In this document: piece after piece, positions 29,271-40,557 of the stretch
Numbering within the stretch: position 1 is the first letter of the stretch
Layout: each line of letters opens with the position of its first letter
Assembly (NCBI GenBank): GCA_009695045.1
Contig: SIBS01000001.1
Span: 42,942-106,941, forward strand
DNA length: 64,000 bases
Origin: Candidatus Levyibacteriota bacterium
GTDB lineage: Bacteria; Patescibacteriota; Microgenomatia; Levybacterales; UBA12049
Direction: 5' to 3'
The notes under the pieces: model-generated
Seen by the model: only the letters and a program-made list of their open reading frames with translations
The model's database searches: none
What the model was told of the DNA's origin: nothing
Position numbers and translations under genes: made by a program

Positions 29271-30200
29271 TTATATAGACAATGATATCCCTTTTTCTCG
29301 AAGTTTTTCTTCAATAATAGAAAGGGATTTGCCACCCATGTTTCTCATGGACATTAAATCTTTCTTTGGAGTTTCCAATAACTGACCTAGTGTTTCAATC
29401 CCGCCATTTCTCAAGCTATTATAAATTCTTGTTGGCATATCTAATTCATCTATTGTCAAGCGGAGTATTGCATCTGAAATAGAGGATGTAGATGCTATAC
29501 CCTCAAATGATACAGTTTCAGTCATTTTTGGATCAGTTATATGTAAAAAATAATTTCCTAACAGCTTAGATGCATCATCAACAGCATCTCTAGCAGAAAT
29601 AGTCCCATTTGTCCAAATATGTAATACTAATTTATCAAGATTTGTCTGTCGACCAACTCTAGTAGATTCAACTTCATAATTAACTCGTCTAATAGGACTA
29701 AATATAGCATCTGTTGAAATTACGCCCAGGGTAGATATTTTTTTATCCTCACTTAATGTATAACCATATCCTTTTTCTATTGTAAATTCTATTTCTAGTT
29801 TTCCTTTTTTATCAGAAACAAAACAAATATACTGAGATGGATCAACTATCTCAACGCCATCAACTACATCTATGGCTCCTGCCGTAACTTCTTTTGGACC
29901 TTTTACCGATAATTTAATAATAGCAGAGTCTTTAGCTGTAGACATTTTTATATTTAATTGCTTTATATTTAATAAGATATCCACAACATTTTCTTTTACA
30001 CCATCTATTGTTGAAAATTTATGCTTTATTCCATTTATTTTTACTGAAGTAACTGCCGCGCCAGGAATTGATGAAAGTAATACTCTTCGCAATGCATTTC
30101 CAATAGTATGTCCAAAACCGGGATCTAGAGGTTCAATGGAAAACTTTCCATAATTTTCTGATATTTCTTCTTCTTTAAATTTGAAATTTGGATCCTTCAT
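29271..30200 (-). CDS. rpoA: RNA polymerase subunit alpha
   Basis: EPLDPGFGHTIGNALRRVLLSS, DAIFSP, alphaCTD RIYNSL. Confidence 0.98.
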   Translation of the reverse strand: MKDPNFKFKEEEISENYGKFSIEPLDPGFGHTIGNALRRVLLSSIPGAAVTSVKINGIKHKFSTIDGVKENVVDILLNIKQLNIKMSTAKDSAIIKLSVKGPKEVTAGAIDVVDGVEIVDPSQYICFVSDKKGKLEIEFTIEKGYGYTLSEDKKISTLGVISTDAIFSPIRRVNYEVESTRVGRQTNLDKLVLHIWTNGTISARDAVDDASKLLGNYFLHITDPKMTETVSFEGIASTSSISDAILRLTIDELDMPTRIYNSLRNGGIETLGQLLETPKKDLMSMRNMGGKSLSIIEEKLREKGISLSI

Positions 30201-30223
30201 AAAATCTGTTTTATATTATAACA

Positions 30224-30820
30224 CTATCTTGAATAGTATTCAATGATTAATTGCGTATCAAACGGAACTTGCACGTCTTCACGTTTTGGAAGCCTAGAAA
30301 GCTTTCCAGATGACCTATCTCTTTCCAAGAATGATAAAACATTAATTTCTTCAATTGGCAATTCTATTAATTTTTGATGCATTTTTTCAGTTAGAGAAAT
30401 TACGTCATCTTTTTTTACTCTATATGAAGGGATATTTATTTTCTTACCATTTACCATTACGTGATTATGTGACACAAATTGTCTTGCTTGATAACGTGTT
30501 TTCGCAAAACCAAGCCTATACACAATATTGTCTAATCGAGTTTCTAAACGAGATACGAGTAGTTCTCCCGTATCACCTTTTTGTTTCTGCAAATCTTTCA
30601 TTATATTCTTAAACTGCTTCTCCATAATTCCATATGTAGACTTTGCTTTTTGTTTTTCTTTTAACTGTAAGCCATATTCTGATAATTGTCTTTTCCTTTT
30701 TGCACCATGTACGCCCGGTAAAACATTTAATCGCCTTTGTAAAGAAGCTGATGTTTTATCTAAAATATTTACACCATATCTACGCGCTAATTTATGTTTT
30801 GATTTTGTGTATCGTGCCAT
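30224..30820 (-). CDS. rpsD: 30S ribosomal protein S4
   Basis: MARYT, SEYGLQLKEKQK, ETRLDNIVYRLG, IEYYSR; ATG 30820. Confidence 0.98.
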   Translation of the reverse strand: MARYTKSKHKLARRYGVNILDKTSASLQRRLNVLPGVHGAKRKRQLSEYGLQLKEKQKAKSTYGIMEKQFKNIMKDLQKQKGDTGELLVSRLETRLDNIVYRLGFAKTRYQARQFVSHNHVMVNGKKINIPSYRVKKDDVISLTEKMHQKLIELPIEEINVLSFLERDRSSGKLSRLPKREDVQVPFDTQLIIEYYSR

Positions 30821-30824
30821 AAAA

Positions 30825-31229
30825 CTATATTCTCCTTTTCTTTTTTGCTTTTGGACCATTATGTGGTAATGGTGTTATATCTGCAATAAGAGAAATAGAA
30901 AGCCCAGAGCTTTTTATTGCCCTAAGAGCTGAATCACGTCCAGACCCTGGACCCTTAACAAATACCTCAACAGTTTTTACACCAGCAGTAATTACTTTCT
31001 TTGCAACATCTTCAACTGCTAAAGTAGCTGCATATGGAGTGGATTTACGTGCTCCTTTAAATCCTCTTGCACCTGATGAACTCCAAGCAATTGCATCTCC
31101 TTTATCATTAGTAAAAGTTACTAATGTATTATTAAATGTTGATGTTATATAGGCTTTTCCATTTGCCGAAATGGTTAATGTTGATTTTTTCTTTGCTTGT
31201 GTCTTTTTTGTATCTTTTTTTTCTGCCAT
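30825..31229 (-). CDS. rpsK: 30S ribosomal protein S11
   Basis: STFNNT, GFKGARKSTPYAA, GPGSGR, PLPHNG. Confidence 0.98.
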   Translation of the reverse strand: MAEKKDTKKTQAKKKSTLTISANGKAYITSTFNNTLVTFTNDKGDAIAWSSSGARGFKGARKSTPYAATLAVEDVAKKVITAGVKTVEVFVKGPGSGRDSALRAIKSSGLSISLIADITPLPHNGPKAKKKRRI

Positions 31230-31248
31230 ATATTTATATAATTATTTA

Positions 31249-31659
31249 TTATTTTTTTGCTGCTGCTGATTTATTTGCGTCCATTTTAGCTACTACTTCC
31301 TTTTTTATAGCTCCAATTGTGACTCTTTTACCTCTTTTGGTTCGCGCATTAGATCTTGTTCTTTGTCCACGGACAGGCAATCCTCGAGAATGACGAATAC
31401 CCCTATATGAAGTTATCTCTTTTAAACGTTTAATATTTGTATTTATTTCTGCTCGCAAATCGCCTTCTATTTTATATGTTTCAAGTGCTTTTTGAATTCT
31501 TTTTTGATCATCCTCAGTCAATAACTTAGTTCTTATAGAAGCATCTATGTTTGCTTTTTTAAGAATATCTAAAACATTTTTTCTTCCTATACCATACAGG
31601 TATGAAAGTGAAATATCTATTCTTTTTTCATCTGGAATATTAGTTCCTGAAATACGCAT
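31249..31659 (-). CDS. rpsM: 30S ribosomal protein S13
   Basis: YGIG, YRGIRH, GLPVRGQRTRSNARTKRG. Confidence 0.98.
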   Translation of the reverse strand: MRISGTNIPDEKRIDISLSYLYGIGRKNVLDILKKANIDASIRTKLLTEDDQKRIQKALETYKIEGDLRAEINTNIKRLKEITSYRGIRHSRGLPVRGQRTRSNARTKRGKRVTIGAIKKEVVAKMDANKSAAAKK

Positions 31660-31662
31660 ATA

Positions 31663-31776
31663 TTATCCTTGTCGTTGTTTGTGTCGTGGATTTTCACACA
31701 CGACGCGCACAACGCCTTTCCGCTTTATCAATTTACATTTCATGCATCTTGGTTTAACACTTGCTTGTACTTTCAT
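31663..31776 (-). CDS. rpmJ: 50S ribosomal protein L36 (Zn-ribbon type)
   Basis: Not in track; [37 protein letters not shown]. Confidence 0.97.
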   Translation of the reverse strand: MKVQASVKPRCMKCKLIKRKGVVRVVCENPRHKQRQG

Positions 31777-31991
31777 CGGTGTCTATACGTAATCCTTCCT
31801 TTTTCTTGATCATATGGCGTCATTTCTATACGAACTTTATCTCCAGGAAGTATTTTTATAAAATGCATCCTCATTTTCCCGGAAAGATGACAAAGAACAA
31901 TTTTTCCATCCCCAATATCTACTCTAAACAATGTGTTAGGAAGTGATTCTTTAACAACTCCATCTATTTCAATAGATCCTTGATGTGCCAT
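31773..31991 (-). CDS. infA: Translation initiation factor IF-1
   Basis: [31 protein letters not shown]; ATG 31991. Confidence 0.97.
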   Translation of the reverse strand: MAHQGSIEIDGVVKESLPNTLFRVDIGDGKIVLCHLSGKMRMHFIKILPGDKVRIEMTPYDQEKGRITYRHR

Positions 31992-32091
31992 ATTTCTACG
32001 TTTACAACTTTTAAAAATCTTCCACGAAAAAACTTCATCCGTTGTCACAGTATTAAATTATTATAGCAAATAAATTAATAAAGAGCAAATA

Positions 32092-32871
32092 TTATTTAGT
32101 TAATATTATTGGTCCATTTTCCCCTACTAAAACACTTCGCTCAAATAATCCAGAAATGCTTTTATCTTTAGTAGAAATAGACCAGCCATCTTTATTTTTA
32201 TAGATAACATCTTTTTTCCCCATATTGTATATTACTTCGATAGCAATAGTTATTCCGGGAATTAAATTTGGAGTATCTGAAATTTTACCAATAAGAAAAC
32301 CTGGCACCTCTGGCTCCTCATGCAATTCTCTTCCAACTCCATGACCAATAAGAGTACGTACTATAGAATAATTACCTTCTTTCTCAACAATATCTTGTAT
32401 TGATTTAGATATGTTTCCGATTTTATTTCCTGATTTTGCTACTGCAATACCTGCCTCAAGAGCTTTTTTTCCATTTTTAAGGAAAATATCTATATCTTGA
32501 TCTCTTTTTGATATGGGACTTAAATATTTAGATTTGACTCGTCGAGTTTCAGCCATATCAGTATGAAAACCTTCATAGTATACGCCACAATCAATCCCAA
32601 CAACGTCACCTTCTTTAAAAATATAATTTGTAGGAATACCGTGAACAACAACGTCATTAGTAGAGACACATATTGTGTGACTATATCCATCTACTTTCTT
32701 AAATCCTGATTCTCCGCCTTTTTCACGAATTAATCTTTCCGCTAAGGCATCTATCTCTAACTCTGATACCCCTGGGATAACATTGTCCATCACCGCAAGC
32801 AAAACTTCAGCGAGTATTTTACCACCATGCATCATTATTTTTATCTCTTTATCAGTTTTTATATTTATCAT
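32092..32871 (-). CDS. map: Methionine aminopeptidase type I
   Basis: CVSTNDVVVHGIP, DCG, HTDMA, GHGVGRELHEEP. Confidence 0.96.
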   Translation of the reverse strand: MINIKTDKEIKIMMHGGKILAEVLLAVMDNVIPGVSELEIDALAERLIREKGGESGFKKVDGYSHTICVSTNDVVVHGIPTNYIFKEGDVVGIDCGVYYEGFHTDMAETRRVKSKYLSPISKRDQDIDIFLKNGKKALEAGIAVAKSGNKIGNISKSIQDIVEKEGNYSIVRTLIGHGVGRELHEEPEVPGFLIGKISDTPNLIPGITIAIEVIYNMGKKDVIYKNKDGWSISTKDKSISGLFERSVLVGENGPIILTK

Positions 32872-33419
32872 TATATATCTAATTCTTTGAAAATCTTTTT
32901 CTGAATATTATCAATCCCATCATCACCATTTAATTCTACTAATAATCTTTTTTCTTTATAATATTCAATTACTGGAATCCTGTCCTTATCCTGTTCAACT
33001 CGTCGCCTCATAATAATCCCTAGATTATCATCAGCACGCCCTCTATTTATTATTCTATTTCTCATTACATCTTCCGAAATCGATAATAAAAAAACCTTAT
33101 CTATTTTAATACTTTTTTTCTTCAAATAATCATTTAAAGTTTTCAGATCTTCTCCTGTTGCTGGAAAATTATCAATAATATATCCACTATTAACATTATC
33201 TAATTTTTCTTTAAGAAATTTAAATTTTAACCTAATTGGTATATGTTTTCCTTTCATGCTATATTTATTAAATCCCTCAACTGCATCGATATCTCCCGAT
33301 TTATATGCGTCACGGATTAATTTCCCCATTGAGAAAACAGGTATACCAAGCTTATTAGCTAATAAATTAGCCTGAGTATCTTTACCAGCAAATGGGGGGC
33401 CTGTAAAAATTATATTCAT
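32871..33419 (-). CDS. Divergent adenylate-kinase-family NMP kinase (second copy)
   Basis: P-loop GPPFAGKDTQA, SMGKLIR, IIDNFP, RGRADD; ATG 33419 preferred (track 33485). Confidence 0.85.
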   Translation of the reverse strand: MNIIFTGPPFAGKDTQANLLANKLGIPVFSMGKLIRDAYKSGDIDAVEGFNKYSMKGKHIPIRLKFKFLKEKLDNVNSGYIIDNFPATGEDLKTLNDYLKKKSIKIDKVFLLSISEDVMRNRIINRGRADDNLGIIMRRRVEQDKDRIPVIEYYKEKRLLVELNGDDGIDNIQKKIFKELDI

Positions 33420-33535
33420 TATTGTTAATTCTTTAAAAATTCTTGCAAACTCTTCTAATAGACTTCTTGTTACCAAATAAACCAATTATTTCTATAATTA
33501 ATATTATATTTTCACTACTGAAGAATTATAGAAGA

Positions 33536-34075
33536 TTATTTTTTAATTTTCGATAAAATTTCTTTATGAATTTCTTTTACTTCTTGCTCTCCGTTAATTT
33601 CTATTAAAGTTTCTTTTTTTCTATAATACTGAAGAACTGGCTCTGTGACCCTATGAAACAACTCAATGCGTTTTTTAATAGCAGGTAGTGTCTCATCAGT
33701 ACGATCATCACTATCCCTATAAGAAAGCCTCCACAATGCTTCTTTATCTGATACTTTAAGATAAATTACATGACCAATACCATTTTCAAATTTTCTTACC
33801 TGATTTAATGTGCGAGGAAAACCATCTAAGATATATCCAGCCTTATATTCTGGACGCTGTAAATATTCTGTAACAATTGACAGTGTTTTTTTATCTGAAA
33901 TTAATAATCCTGCATTCATAGTTTCTTTTAAATATCTCCCAAGTGGCGTATGTTCTTTTGCTAACTCGCGAAAAATATGACCAGTTGATAGATACGGAAT
34001 TTTTAACTTTTTTAAAAGCAAATTTCCTTGAGTAGATTTTCCTGCACCTTGAATTCCGATAAGAATAATCTTCAT
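33536..34075 (-). CDS. adk: Adenylate kinase (short-LID type)
   Basis: GIQGAGKSTQ, STGHIFR, LDGFPRT, RTDE; follows secY. Confidence 0.93.
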   Translation of the reverse strand: MKIILIGIQGAGKSTQGNLLLKKLKIPYLSTGHIFRELAKEHTPLGRYLKETMNAGLLISDKKTLSIVTEYLQRPEYKAGYILDGFPRTLNQVRKFENGIGHVIYLKVSDKEALWRLSYRDSDDRTDETLPAIKKRIELFHRVTEPVLQYYRKKETLIEINGEQEVKEIHKEILSKIKK

Positions 34076-34079
34076 AATA

Positions 34080-35363
34080 TTATAAGAATCCTTCATAATT
34101 CCTCATTACTAAATTTGCCTCTAATGCCTTTATTGTTTCAAGTACTACGCTTACAACTATTAAAACTCCTGTTCCCCCAAGTAGAAGAGTGTTAATACCC
34201 GTAATGGCTTTTGCAATATTTGGAAATATTGCAATTGTTCCTAGAAATAAAGCACCAGATATTGTTATTCTCGTTAATACATAATTTAAATATTTTGCCG
34301 TAGAAGTTCCTGGCCTAACACCTGGTATAAATCCACCATGCTGCTGCATTTCTTCTGAAATCTTTTTTGTATTAAATATAATTGCTGTATAGAAAAATGT
34401 AAAAGCCACAACGAGAGTAAAATATACTACATTATAGAAGATGCTGTCTGGATTAAATAAATTTGACATTCCCAATGCTATAGATTTTATCCATGGTTGT
34501 TTTAATTGCGATAAAAAATTTCCCAAAAGTGATGGAACTAATACCAACGATACTGCAAATATGATAGGTATTACTCCTGCTTGATTTAGACGCAATGGTA
34601 AATGAGTCGTATCTCCTCCTGTAGTTTTATTTCCTCGAACACGTCTTGCATAATGAACAGGAATTTGCCTTGTTGCTTCATTTATTAGAACTATAGATGC
34701 AATAACAAAAATGCCCATAACTAAGAAGCTGATCATGTTAAAAATATTGTCACTAGATATAGTTGTTGTTGTTTGACCAAAAACAATAGGAATTCTACCA
34801 ACGATACCAGAGAATATTAATAAAGATATTCCATTTCCTATGCCACGCGCTGTCACAAGCTCTCCTAACCAAACTAAAAACATTGTACCTGCTATCATGG
34901 TCGCAATAAATGAAGCTAACTGAATAGGAGTGAGACTGATAATTATTCCTTGATTTTTCAACAGTGCATACATGCCAATTGATTGCATGAGAGCAAGTGG
35001 TACAGTAAGTAATCTTGTATATTGATTTATTTTTTGTCTACCCTGTTCGCCCTCTTTAGAAAGCTCTTCTAGTTTTGGGAATAACATTGTAAGTAATTGA
35101 AGGATGATAGATGCATTGATGTATGGATTTAATCCAAGCGCCATAATAGAAAAATTCTCTAAAGTTCCGCCAGAAAATACATCAAGTAATCCTAGAAATT
35201 GATTTTTAGAAAAAAGGGCTTTAAGGCTTGCGACATTTACTCCTGCAACTGGAATATGGGCAAATAATCTAAATACAACAAATATTCCTATCGTAAATAG
35301 TATTTTTTTTCTTACTTCTTCAGTCCTAATGCTGTTTCTAAAGAGTGCGAGGACATCTCTCAT
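34080..35363 (-). CDS. secY: Preprotein translocase SecY
   Basis: Multiple TM helices, [35 protein letters not shown]. Confidence 0.99.
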   Translation of the reverse strand: MRDVLALFRNSIRTEEVRKKILFTIGIFVVFRLFAHIPVAGVNVASLKALFSKNQFLGLLDVFSGGTLENFSIMALGLNPYINASIILQLLTMLFPKLEELSKEGEQGRQKINQYTRLLTVPLALMQSIGMYALLKNQGIIISLTPIQLASFIATMIAGTMFLVWLGELVTARGIGNGISLLIFSGIVGRIPIVFGQTTTTISSDNIFNMISFLVMGIFVIASIVLINEATRQIPVHYARRVRGNKTTGGDTTHLPLRLNQAGVIPIIFAVSLVLVPSLLGNFLSQLKQPWIKSIALGMSNLFNPDSIFYNVVYFTLVVAFTFFYTAIIFNTKKISEEMQQHGGFIPGVRPGTSTAKYLNYVLTRITISGALFLGTIAIFPNIAKAITGINTLLLGGTGVLIVVSVVLETIKALEANLVMRNYEGFL

Positions 35364-35366
35364 AGT

Positions 35367-35810
35367 TTAGGCTTTTTTAAAATTTCCACCAGCTAATTCT
35401 ATTTTCTTTATTGCACCCTTTGTTGCTTGTATTTTTATAGTGAGTGCTACACTAATATTACCATCTCCTAAAATTTTTACGCCATATATTTTTGCTTCTC
35501 TTGGATCTACTATTTTTTCCTTAACTAATGATTCTATATCTACAATATTTCCAGCTTTAAATACACTAAGTGAATTAATATTTATTGTAATAGGTTTCTT
35601 CTTAAATGATTTATTTCTATTTTTACCCCTCAAAAAAGGTAATTTTTTAATAAGCGGTAGGGCTCCACCTTCAAAAAAAATTGGAACTTTACCACGAGCT
35701 TTTCTACCCTTCGTTCCTCTTCCGCTTGTCTTAACTCTTCCTGATCCATGACCTTGACCAAGTCTTCTTTTCTTTTTTTCTATAATTGATGATAAATTAC
35801 TTAAATTCAT
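35367..35810 (-). CDS. rplO: 50S ribosomal protein L15
   Basis: GQGHGSG, GRGTKG, FEGG, KILGDG. Confidence 0.97.
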   Translation of the reverse strand: MNLSNLSSIIEKKKRRLGQGHGSGRVKTSGRGTKGRKARGKVPIFFEGGALPLIKKLPFLRGKNRNKSFKKKPITININSLSVFKAGNIVDIESLVKEKIVDPREAKIYGVKILGDGNISVALTIKIQATKGAIKKIELAGGNFKKA

Positions 35811-36303
35811 TTTTTATTTTTTCCTTTATCTCACCTTGCCTTTTATAACGAGCAGCAAGAGTTCGAAGCGCCTCCATGGCTGCATATACATTTGAAGCTT
35901 TATTCTTACTACCAAGAACTTTTGAGGATATATTTTGTATTCCAGCAGCTGCTACGACACTACGAACAGCACCACCAGCAATAATACCGCTTCCAAGCGG
36001 AGCAGGTTTTAACATTACGCGAGCTGCCCCAAGCTTTATAAAAACTTGAAAAGGCAATGTACCCTTAATAATTGGGACTTCTATTAAATTCTTCTTGCCA
36101 ATAACAAGACCTTTTTTTATAGCAGAAGATACATCTGGTGCTTTTCCAAGCCCGACTCCAACTCTTCCTTTTTTATCACCAACAACAACGAGCGCAGAAA
36201 AACCAACTTTATTTCCACCTTTAGTTTTTTTGGAGACTCTATTTACTTGCACCACGTCTTCCGCAAATTCTCCTCTTTGTTTATCTTGAAATCTTGAATC
36301 CAT
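35797..36303 (-). CDS. rpsE: 30S ribosomal protein S5
   Basis: RVSKKTKGG, FSALVVVGD, PAPLGSGIIAGG; ATG 36303. Confidence 0.97.
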   Translation of the reverse strand: MDSRFQDKQRGEFAEDVVQVNRVSKKTKGGNKVGFSALVVVGDKKGRVGVGLGKAPDVSSAIKKGLVIGKKNLIEVPIIKGTLPFQVFIKLGAARVMLKPAPLGSGIIAGGAVRSVVAAAGIQNISSKVLGSKNKASNVYAAMEALRTLAARYKRQGEIKEKIKNEFK

Positions 36304-36304
36304 A

Positions 36305-36664
36305 TTAGAACTGTAAGCCTCCTTCTCTTGCACCTTCCGCTACTGCTTTTACAATACCATGATAAGCATAACCTCTTCTATCAAAAACTACTTTTTTAAT
36401 TTTATTTTCAATTGCTTTTTTTGCAATAATAATTCCAAGTTGATTGCCCAATGTAATTCTTCTATTTGGACCCACAATAAGAGCTTTTAAATCAATACTT
36501 TTTTCACTTACTCCAAGAATTGTTATGCCTTTTTCATCATCAATTAATTGCGCATAGACATGTTTGCTTGATCGAAAAATACATAATCTTGGAGCAACTG
36601 AAGTACCATGCAACTTAGAACTAACTCTATTTTTCCTAAACATTAATTTCTTCTTCTTATTCAT
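36305..36664 (-). CDS. rplR: 50S ribosomal protein L18
   Basis: PRLCIFRS, YAQLIDD, FDRRGYAYHG. Confidence 0.97.
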   Translation of the reverse strand: MNKKKKLMFRKNRVSSKLHGTSVAPRLCIFRSSKHVYAQLIDDEKGITILGVSEKSIDLKALIVGPNRRITLGNQLGIIIAKKAIENKIKKVVFDRRGYAYHGIVKAVAEGAREGGLQF

Positions 36665-37215
36665 TATTTTCCTCCAACAGCTTTTGCTGCTTTTCCCGCC
36701 TTTCTTCTAATTTTTTCTCCAACATAAGCAATGCCTTTTCCTTTATATGGCTCTGGTGGACGAATTGATCTAATTTTCGCTGCTACGTCTCCAACGATAC
36801 TTTTATCAATTCCAGAAATAGTAATTATATTATCCGTAACTGCAAAAGTTATCCCATGTAAAGCTTTTATTTTTACCGGATGAGAAAACCCAACTGAAAG
36901 AGAAAGATCAGTCGCAGATGCTTGAGCACGATATCCTACGCCAGTCAATTCTAATTTTTTCTCAAATCCTTTTGTTACACCATCAACCATATTCGAAATT
37001 ATTGCCCGAGATAAACCGAGCATAGCGCTCATACCGCTTGACACGGATTTATTATCTTGAGCTATTATCTTATTGTCAAGCTGATTGACAGAAATACCTA
37101 GTGGTAATCTAAAAAATAAAGACCCCTTTGGACCAGTTACCTTTACTTCTCTATCTTCTACGATAACTATAACTCCTTCTTTTAATTCAATTGGTAATTT
37201 ACCTATTCTTGACAT
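36664..37215 (-). CDS. rplF: 50S ribosomal protein L6
   Basis: MSRIGK, GVGYRA, RPPEPYKGKG. Confidence 0.98.
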   Translation of the reverse strand: MSRIGKLPIELKEGVIVIVEDREVKVTGPKGSLFFRLPLGISVNQLDNKIIAQDNKSVSSGMSAMLGLSRAIISNMVDGVTKGFEKKLELTGVGYRAQASATDLSLSVGFSHPVKIKALHGITFAVTDNIITISGIDKSIVGDVAAKIRSIRPPEPYKGKGIAYVGEKIRRKAGKAAKAVGGK

Positions 37216-37230
37216 ATATTTATAGTGGTA

Positions 37231-37626
37231 CTACCACACTTCAAAAAGCACTTCTCCTCCAACTCCTTGCTTTTTTGCATCCTTTCCCGTCATTACTCCT
37301 TTATTTGTTGATATTACAAGAGTACTCATATTACGACGTTCTTTCTGGGTAACACTTTTTGCTCTCGTATAAGATCTTAAAGATGGCTTTGAAACAATAA
37401 CTACATGAGATAATACGGGCAATCTTTTCTCATAGCGAATTGTCGCTAAAAGAATTTTTTTATTATCTTTTGTTTCTTCTCTTATATCTTCGAGAAAATT
37501 CTCTTTAACCAATACTCTACCCATAGCTTTATTTAGCTTTGAGTGAGAAAGGATTACTTTCTTTCTTTTTGCCATTGCAGCGTTTTTAATTCTAATTATA
37601 AAATCTGCTACTTTATCATTATTCAT
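37231..37626 (-). CDS. rpsH: 30S ribosomal protein S8
   Basis: ADFIIRIKNA, SKPSLR, ISTNKGVM, GGEV. Confidence 0.97.
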   Translation of the reverse strand: MNNDKVADFIIRIKNAAMAKRKKVILSHSKLNKAMGRVLVKENFLEDIREETKDNKKILLATIRYEKRLPVLSHVVIVSKPSLRSYTRAKSVTQKERRNMSTLVISTNKGVMTGKDAKKQGVGGEVLFEVW

Positions 37627-37633
37627 ATATTTA

Positions 37634-37819
37634 TTACCAAGTCGCCTTGAGTACTCCCGGCAACTCTCCTTTCAGCGCAAGCTCCCTAAAGCAGATACGA
37701 CATAGTCCGAATCGCCTCATATAGCTCCTTGCTCTTCCGCAAATATTACATCTATTTTTTGCCCTAACTAAATATTTTTGTTTTCTTTTAAATTTAACTA
37801 TGTCAGATGTTTTAGCCAT
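37634..37819 (-). CDS. rpsN: 30S ribosomal protein S14 (type Z)
   Basis: RCNICGR...CRICFRE. Confidence 0.97.
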   Translation of the reverse strand: MAKTSDIVKFKRKQKYLVRAKNRCNICGRARSYMRRFGLCRICFRELALKGELPGVLKATW

Positions 37820-38363
37820 TAATTCCTTTCACGAAAGGCATCCCTAATTCTTCGAGCAAAGCTAATCCTTCTTTGTTATTTTTAGCTGTTGTAACGATAA
37901 TTACTTCTAGTCCATGTATTTTATCAACTCTGCCTGGATCTATTTCTGGAAAAACACTATGCTCGCTAAATCCTAAAGCATAATTTCCATTGCCATCAAA
38001 ACTCTCTCTTCTTATTCCTCGAAAATCTCTTAACCTAGGAAGTACAACGTTAATAAGTTTTTCCAAGAAATTATACATTCTTTTTCCTCGCATTGTAACC
38101 ATTAATCCAATTTGGTCACCTTCTCGTAATTTAAAACCAGCAATAGATTTTTTTGCCTTTGTTATTTTTGGCTTTTGTCCACTAATCTGTATCAATGCTG
38201 TTTTTGCACTTTCAATATTTTTTTTATCTAAAACGGCATTTTTTACTCCCATATTAATTATTATTTTTATAATTGATGGAACAGCCATTGGATTAACAAT
38301 GTCTAATTTTTTTTCAAGTATTCCTACTATCTCTTCCGTATATCTTTGTTTTAATAAATTCAT
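37812..38363 (-). CDS. rplE: 50S ribosomal protein L5
   Basis: [28 protein letters not shown]. Confidence 0.98.
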   Translation of the reverse strand: MNLLKQRYTEEIVGILEKKLDIVNPMAVPSIIKIIINMGVKNAVLDKKNIESAKTALIQISGQKPKITKAKKSIAGFKLREGDQIGLMVTMRGKRMYNFLEKLINVVLPRLRDFRGIRRESFDGNGNYALGFSEHSVFPEIDPGRVDKIHGLEVIIVTTAKNNKEGLALLEELGMPFVKGING

Positions 38364-38671
38364 ATTGTTTGCTTACATTTTTTACAAATTCTAACTTTTT
38401 TATCTTTTTCAATACTAAAACCTATTCTTGTTGGTAGATTACATTTTGGACAAATTATCTGTACATTTGAAACAGGTAATGGTTTTACTATTACAACAAT
38501 TTCCGATTTATCATTTTGTGTTTTTGCTTTCTTATGTTTTTTATATGTATTTATACCAGGTATAACAACCTTATTTAATTTCGGGAAAACTTGATCAATT
38601 TTCCCTAGCTTGCCCTTATCTTTTCCTCGAACAACCTTGATCTGATCACCTTTTTTTAATTTCATCTTCAT
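38360..38671 (-). CDS. rplX: 50S ribosomal protein L24
   Basis: [23 protein letters not shown]...CKKC. Confidence 0.97.
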   Translation of the reverse strand: MKMKLKKGDQIKVVRGKDKGKLGKIDQVFPKLNKVVIPGINTYKKHKKAKTQNDKSEIVVIVKPLPVSNVQIICPKCNLPTRIGFSIEKDKKVRICKKCKQTI

Positions 38672-39042
38672 ACTACCTCCACTGCCATGCTTGCTATTTT
38701 TGCAAATCCAGCATCTTTTACCTCTCGAGCAATTGGGCCAAACACTCGAGTTCCACGCGGATTTTTATCTTTAGCATTATCTATCACAACTCCTGCATTT
38801 TCTGAAAATCTAACATATGATCCATCTATTCTTTTATGTTCTTTTCTTGCTCTAACTAATATAACTTTTACAATCTCTCCTGTTTTTACTTGGCCTGTTG
38901 GAACAGCTTCTTTTACAACGCAATTTAAAATATCACCCAAAAATCCAAATTTTCTTTTTGATCCTCCAAATACATGAATTACCATTAATACTTTCGCTCC
39001 CGAATTATCTGCTGATCGTAAAATAGATCTATGCTGAATCAT
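38668..39042 (-). CDS. rplN: 50S ribosomal protein L14
   Basis: [16 protein letters not shown]. Confidence 0.98.
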   Translation of the reverse strand: MIQHRSILRSADNSGAKVLMVIHVFGGSKRKFGFLGDILNCVVKEAVPTGQVKTGEIVKVILVRARKEHKRIDGSYVRFSENAGVVIDNAKDKNPRGTRVFGPIAREVKDAGFAKIASMAVEVV

Positions 39043-39293
39043 GCTTTTTTTTCCTTTCTTACTTCAGATACGATTTCTATTATTTTAAAATGTTTATCTC
39101 TTGAAATGGGTCTTGTTTCTCCAATTTTTACCATATCACCAACGACTACAATATTTCCCGCTATATCAGTTTTATATTTTTTACTTCTTGCAATAAGTTT
39201 TTTATAAATAGGGTGTGGTGTTTTTCGATCAATTTTTACCACAACAGTATTTTGCATTCCCACTGATACAACTTTACCTACAAAAGTTTTCAT
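39039..39293 (-). CDS. rpsQ: 30S ribosomal protein S17
   Basis: GKVVS, HPIYKK, ETRPIS. Confidence 0.97.
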   Translation of the reverse strand: MKTFVGKVVSVGMQNTVVVKIDRKTPHPIYKKLIARSKKYKTDIAGNIVVVGDMVKIGETRPISRDKHFKIIEIVSEVRKEKKA

Positions 39294-39493
39294 TAAACTG
39301 TCTCCTTTTCTCTTATTTGTGTCATAATTTTAGCAATATCTTTACGCTTATTGAAAACTCCTCGCATGTTTTTCGTTTTATATTGTACCTTATCTAACCT
39401 CATTGTGAAAAGAATCTCTTTTGCATCTAGTAATAACTGTTTTAACTCAGTAATACTTTTTTCTTTTAAATCTTTTTTTTCTTTTGTTTTCAT
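39293..39493 (-). CDS. rpmC: 50S ribosomal protein L29
   Basis: Position between rplP and rpsQ; RKDIAKIMT; ATG 39493. Confidence 0.9.
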   Translation of the reverse strand: MKTKEKKDLKEKSITELKQLLLDAKEILFTMRLDKVQYKTKNMRGVFNKRKDIAKIMTQIREKETV

Positions 39494-39494
39494 A

Positions 39495-39905
39495 TTATGA
39501 ATTTTTTTCAATTATTTTTGTTTTGACTGGCAATTTATAGGCAGCTAGTCGTAATGCTGCTAAGGCAATCTCTCTTGATACCCCTCCCATTTCAAAAAGA
39601 ATACGGCCCGGTTTTACGGTTGCAACATATTCAAAAACATCTCCTTTGCCACTTCCCATACGTGTTTCTGCTGGCTTTTTAGTAATTGGTTTATCTGGAA
39701 AAACACGAATCCATAATCGACCACCTCTCTGAGTATAATGAGTGATAGACCGTCTTGCTGCCTCTATTTGTCGACTCGAAAGCCATCCTCTACCATGGGA
39801 CATTAAACCATATTCTCCAAAAGAAATCTCTGTTCCGCTTGTTGCATTTCCTTTTAGTTTGCCTCGCATCATTTTTCTATATTTTACTCTTCTTGGTGCC
39901 AACAT
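39495..39905 (-). CDS. rplP: 50S ribosomal protein L16
   Basis: [22 protein letters not shown]. Confidence 0.98.
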   Translation of the reverse strand: MLAPRRVKYRKMMRGKLKGNATSGTEISFGEYGLMSHGRGWLSSRQIEAARRSITHYTQRGGRLWIRVFPDKPITKKPAETRMGSGKGDVFEYVATVKPGRILFEMGGVSREIALAALRLAAYKLPVKTKIIEKNS

Positions 39906-39906
39906 A

Positions 39907-40557
39907 TTATTGTTTCTCCTCTGCTCGATGAATCCAAACCTTGACCCCTATGTAACCCTTCTTTGTTAATGAAGGAACACTAGCATATCTTATATCCTCT
40001 CTAATCGTGGAAAGCGGTACTGTTCCTCTTTGTATTTTTTCTCGTCTTGCAATTTCAGCACCTGCGATTCTACCAGCAAGCACAATCCTAACCCCTTTTG
40101 CGCCTGCGCCCATTACTCTCTCCGATGACATTCCCAAAACTCTCTTATGTGGCAGTCTTTTAGCGAGCTGATCTGCAACATTTCTTGCTACTAAATACGG
40201 ATCAAGATTAGGCTCCTTCACTGGTTCAACACGAATATCAATTTTAGGTGCATTTTTCCCCTTTTTTATAACTCCCAGATGTAATATTATATATTTTTTT
40301 AATTCTTCCAAGCCAGTGCCAGCTCTACCAATCACTATACCTGGTCGAGATACATAAGCAGTTACTCTAATATTATTAATTGAACGTTCAATTTCTATCT
40401 TAGAAACACCTGCCACTTTTAATCTATCCATAAGAAGATTTCTAAGCCTATAATCTTCTATTACAATGTCCTTATATGTTCTTTCATTAAACCAACGACT
40501 ACTCCACGTAGTGAGAACCCCTAATCTTAATATATTTGGATTAATTTTTTGTCCCAT
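39907..40557 (-). CDS. rpsC: 30S ribosomal protein S3
   Basis: [30 protein letters not shown]. Confidence 0.98.
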   Translation of the reverse strand: MGQKINPNILRLGVLTTWSSRWFNERTYKDIVIEDYRLRNLLMDRLKVAGVSKIEIERSINNIRVTAYVSRPGIVIGRAGTGLEELKKYIILHLGVIKKGKNAPKIDIRVEPVKEPNLDPYLVARNVADQLAKRLPHKRVLGMSSERVMGAGAKGVRIVLAGRIAGAEIARREKIQRGTVPLSTIREDIRYASVPSLTKKGYIGVKVWIHRAEEKQ

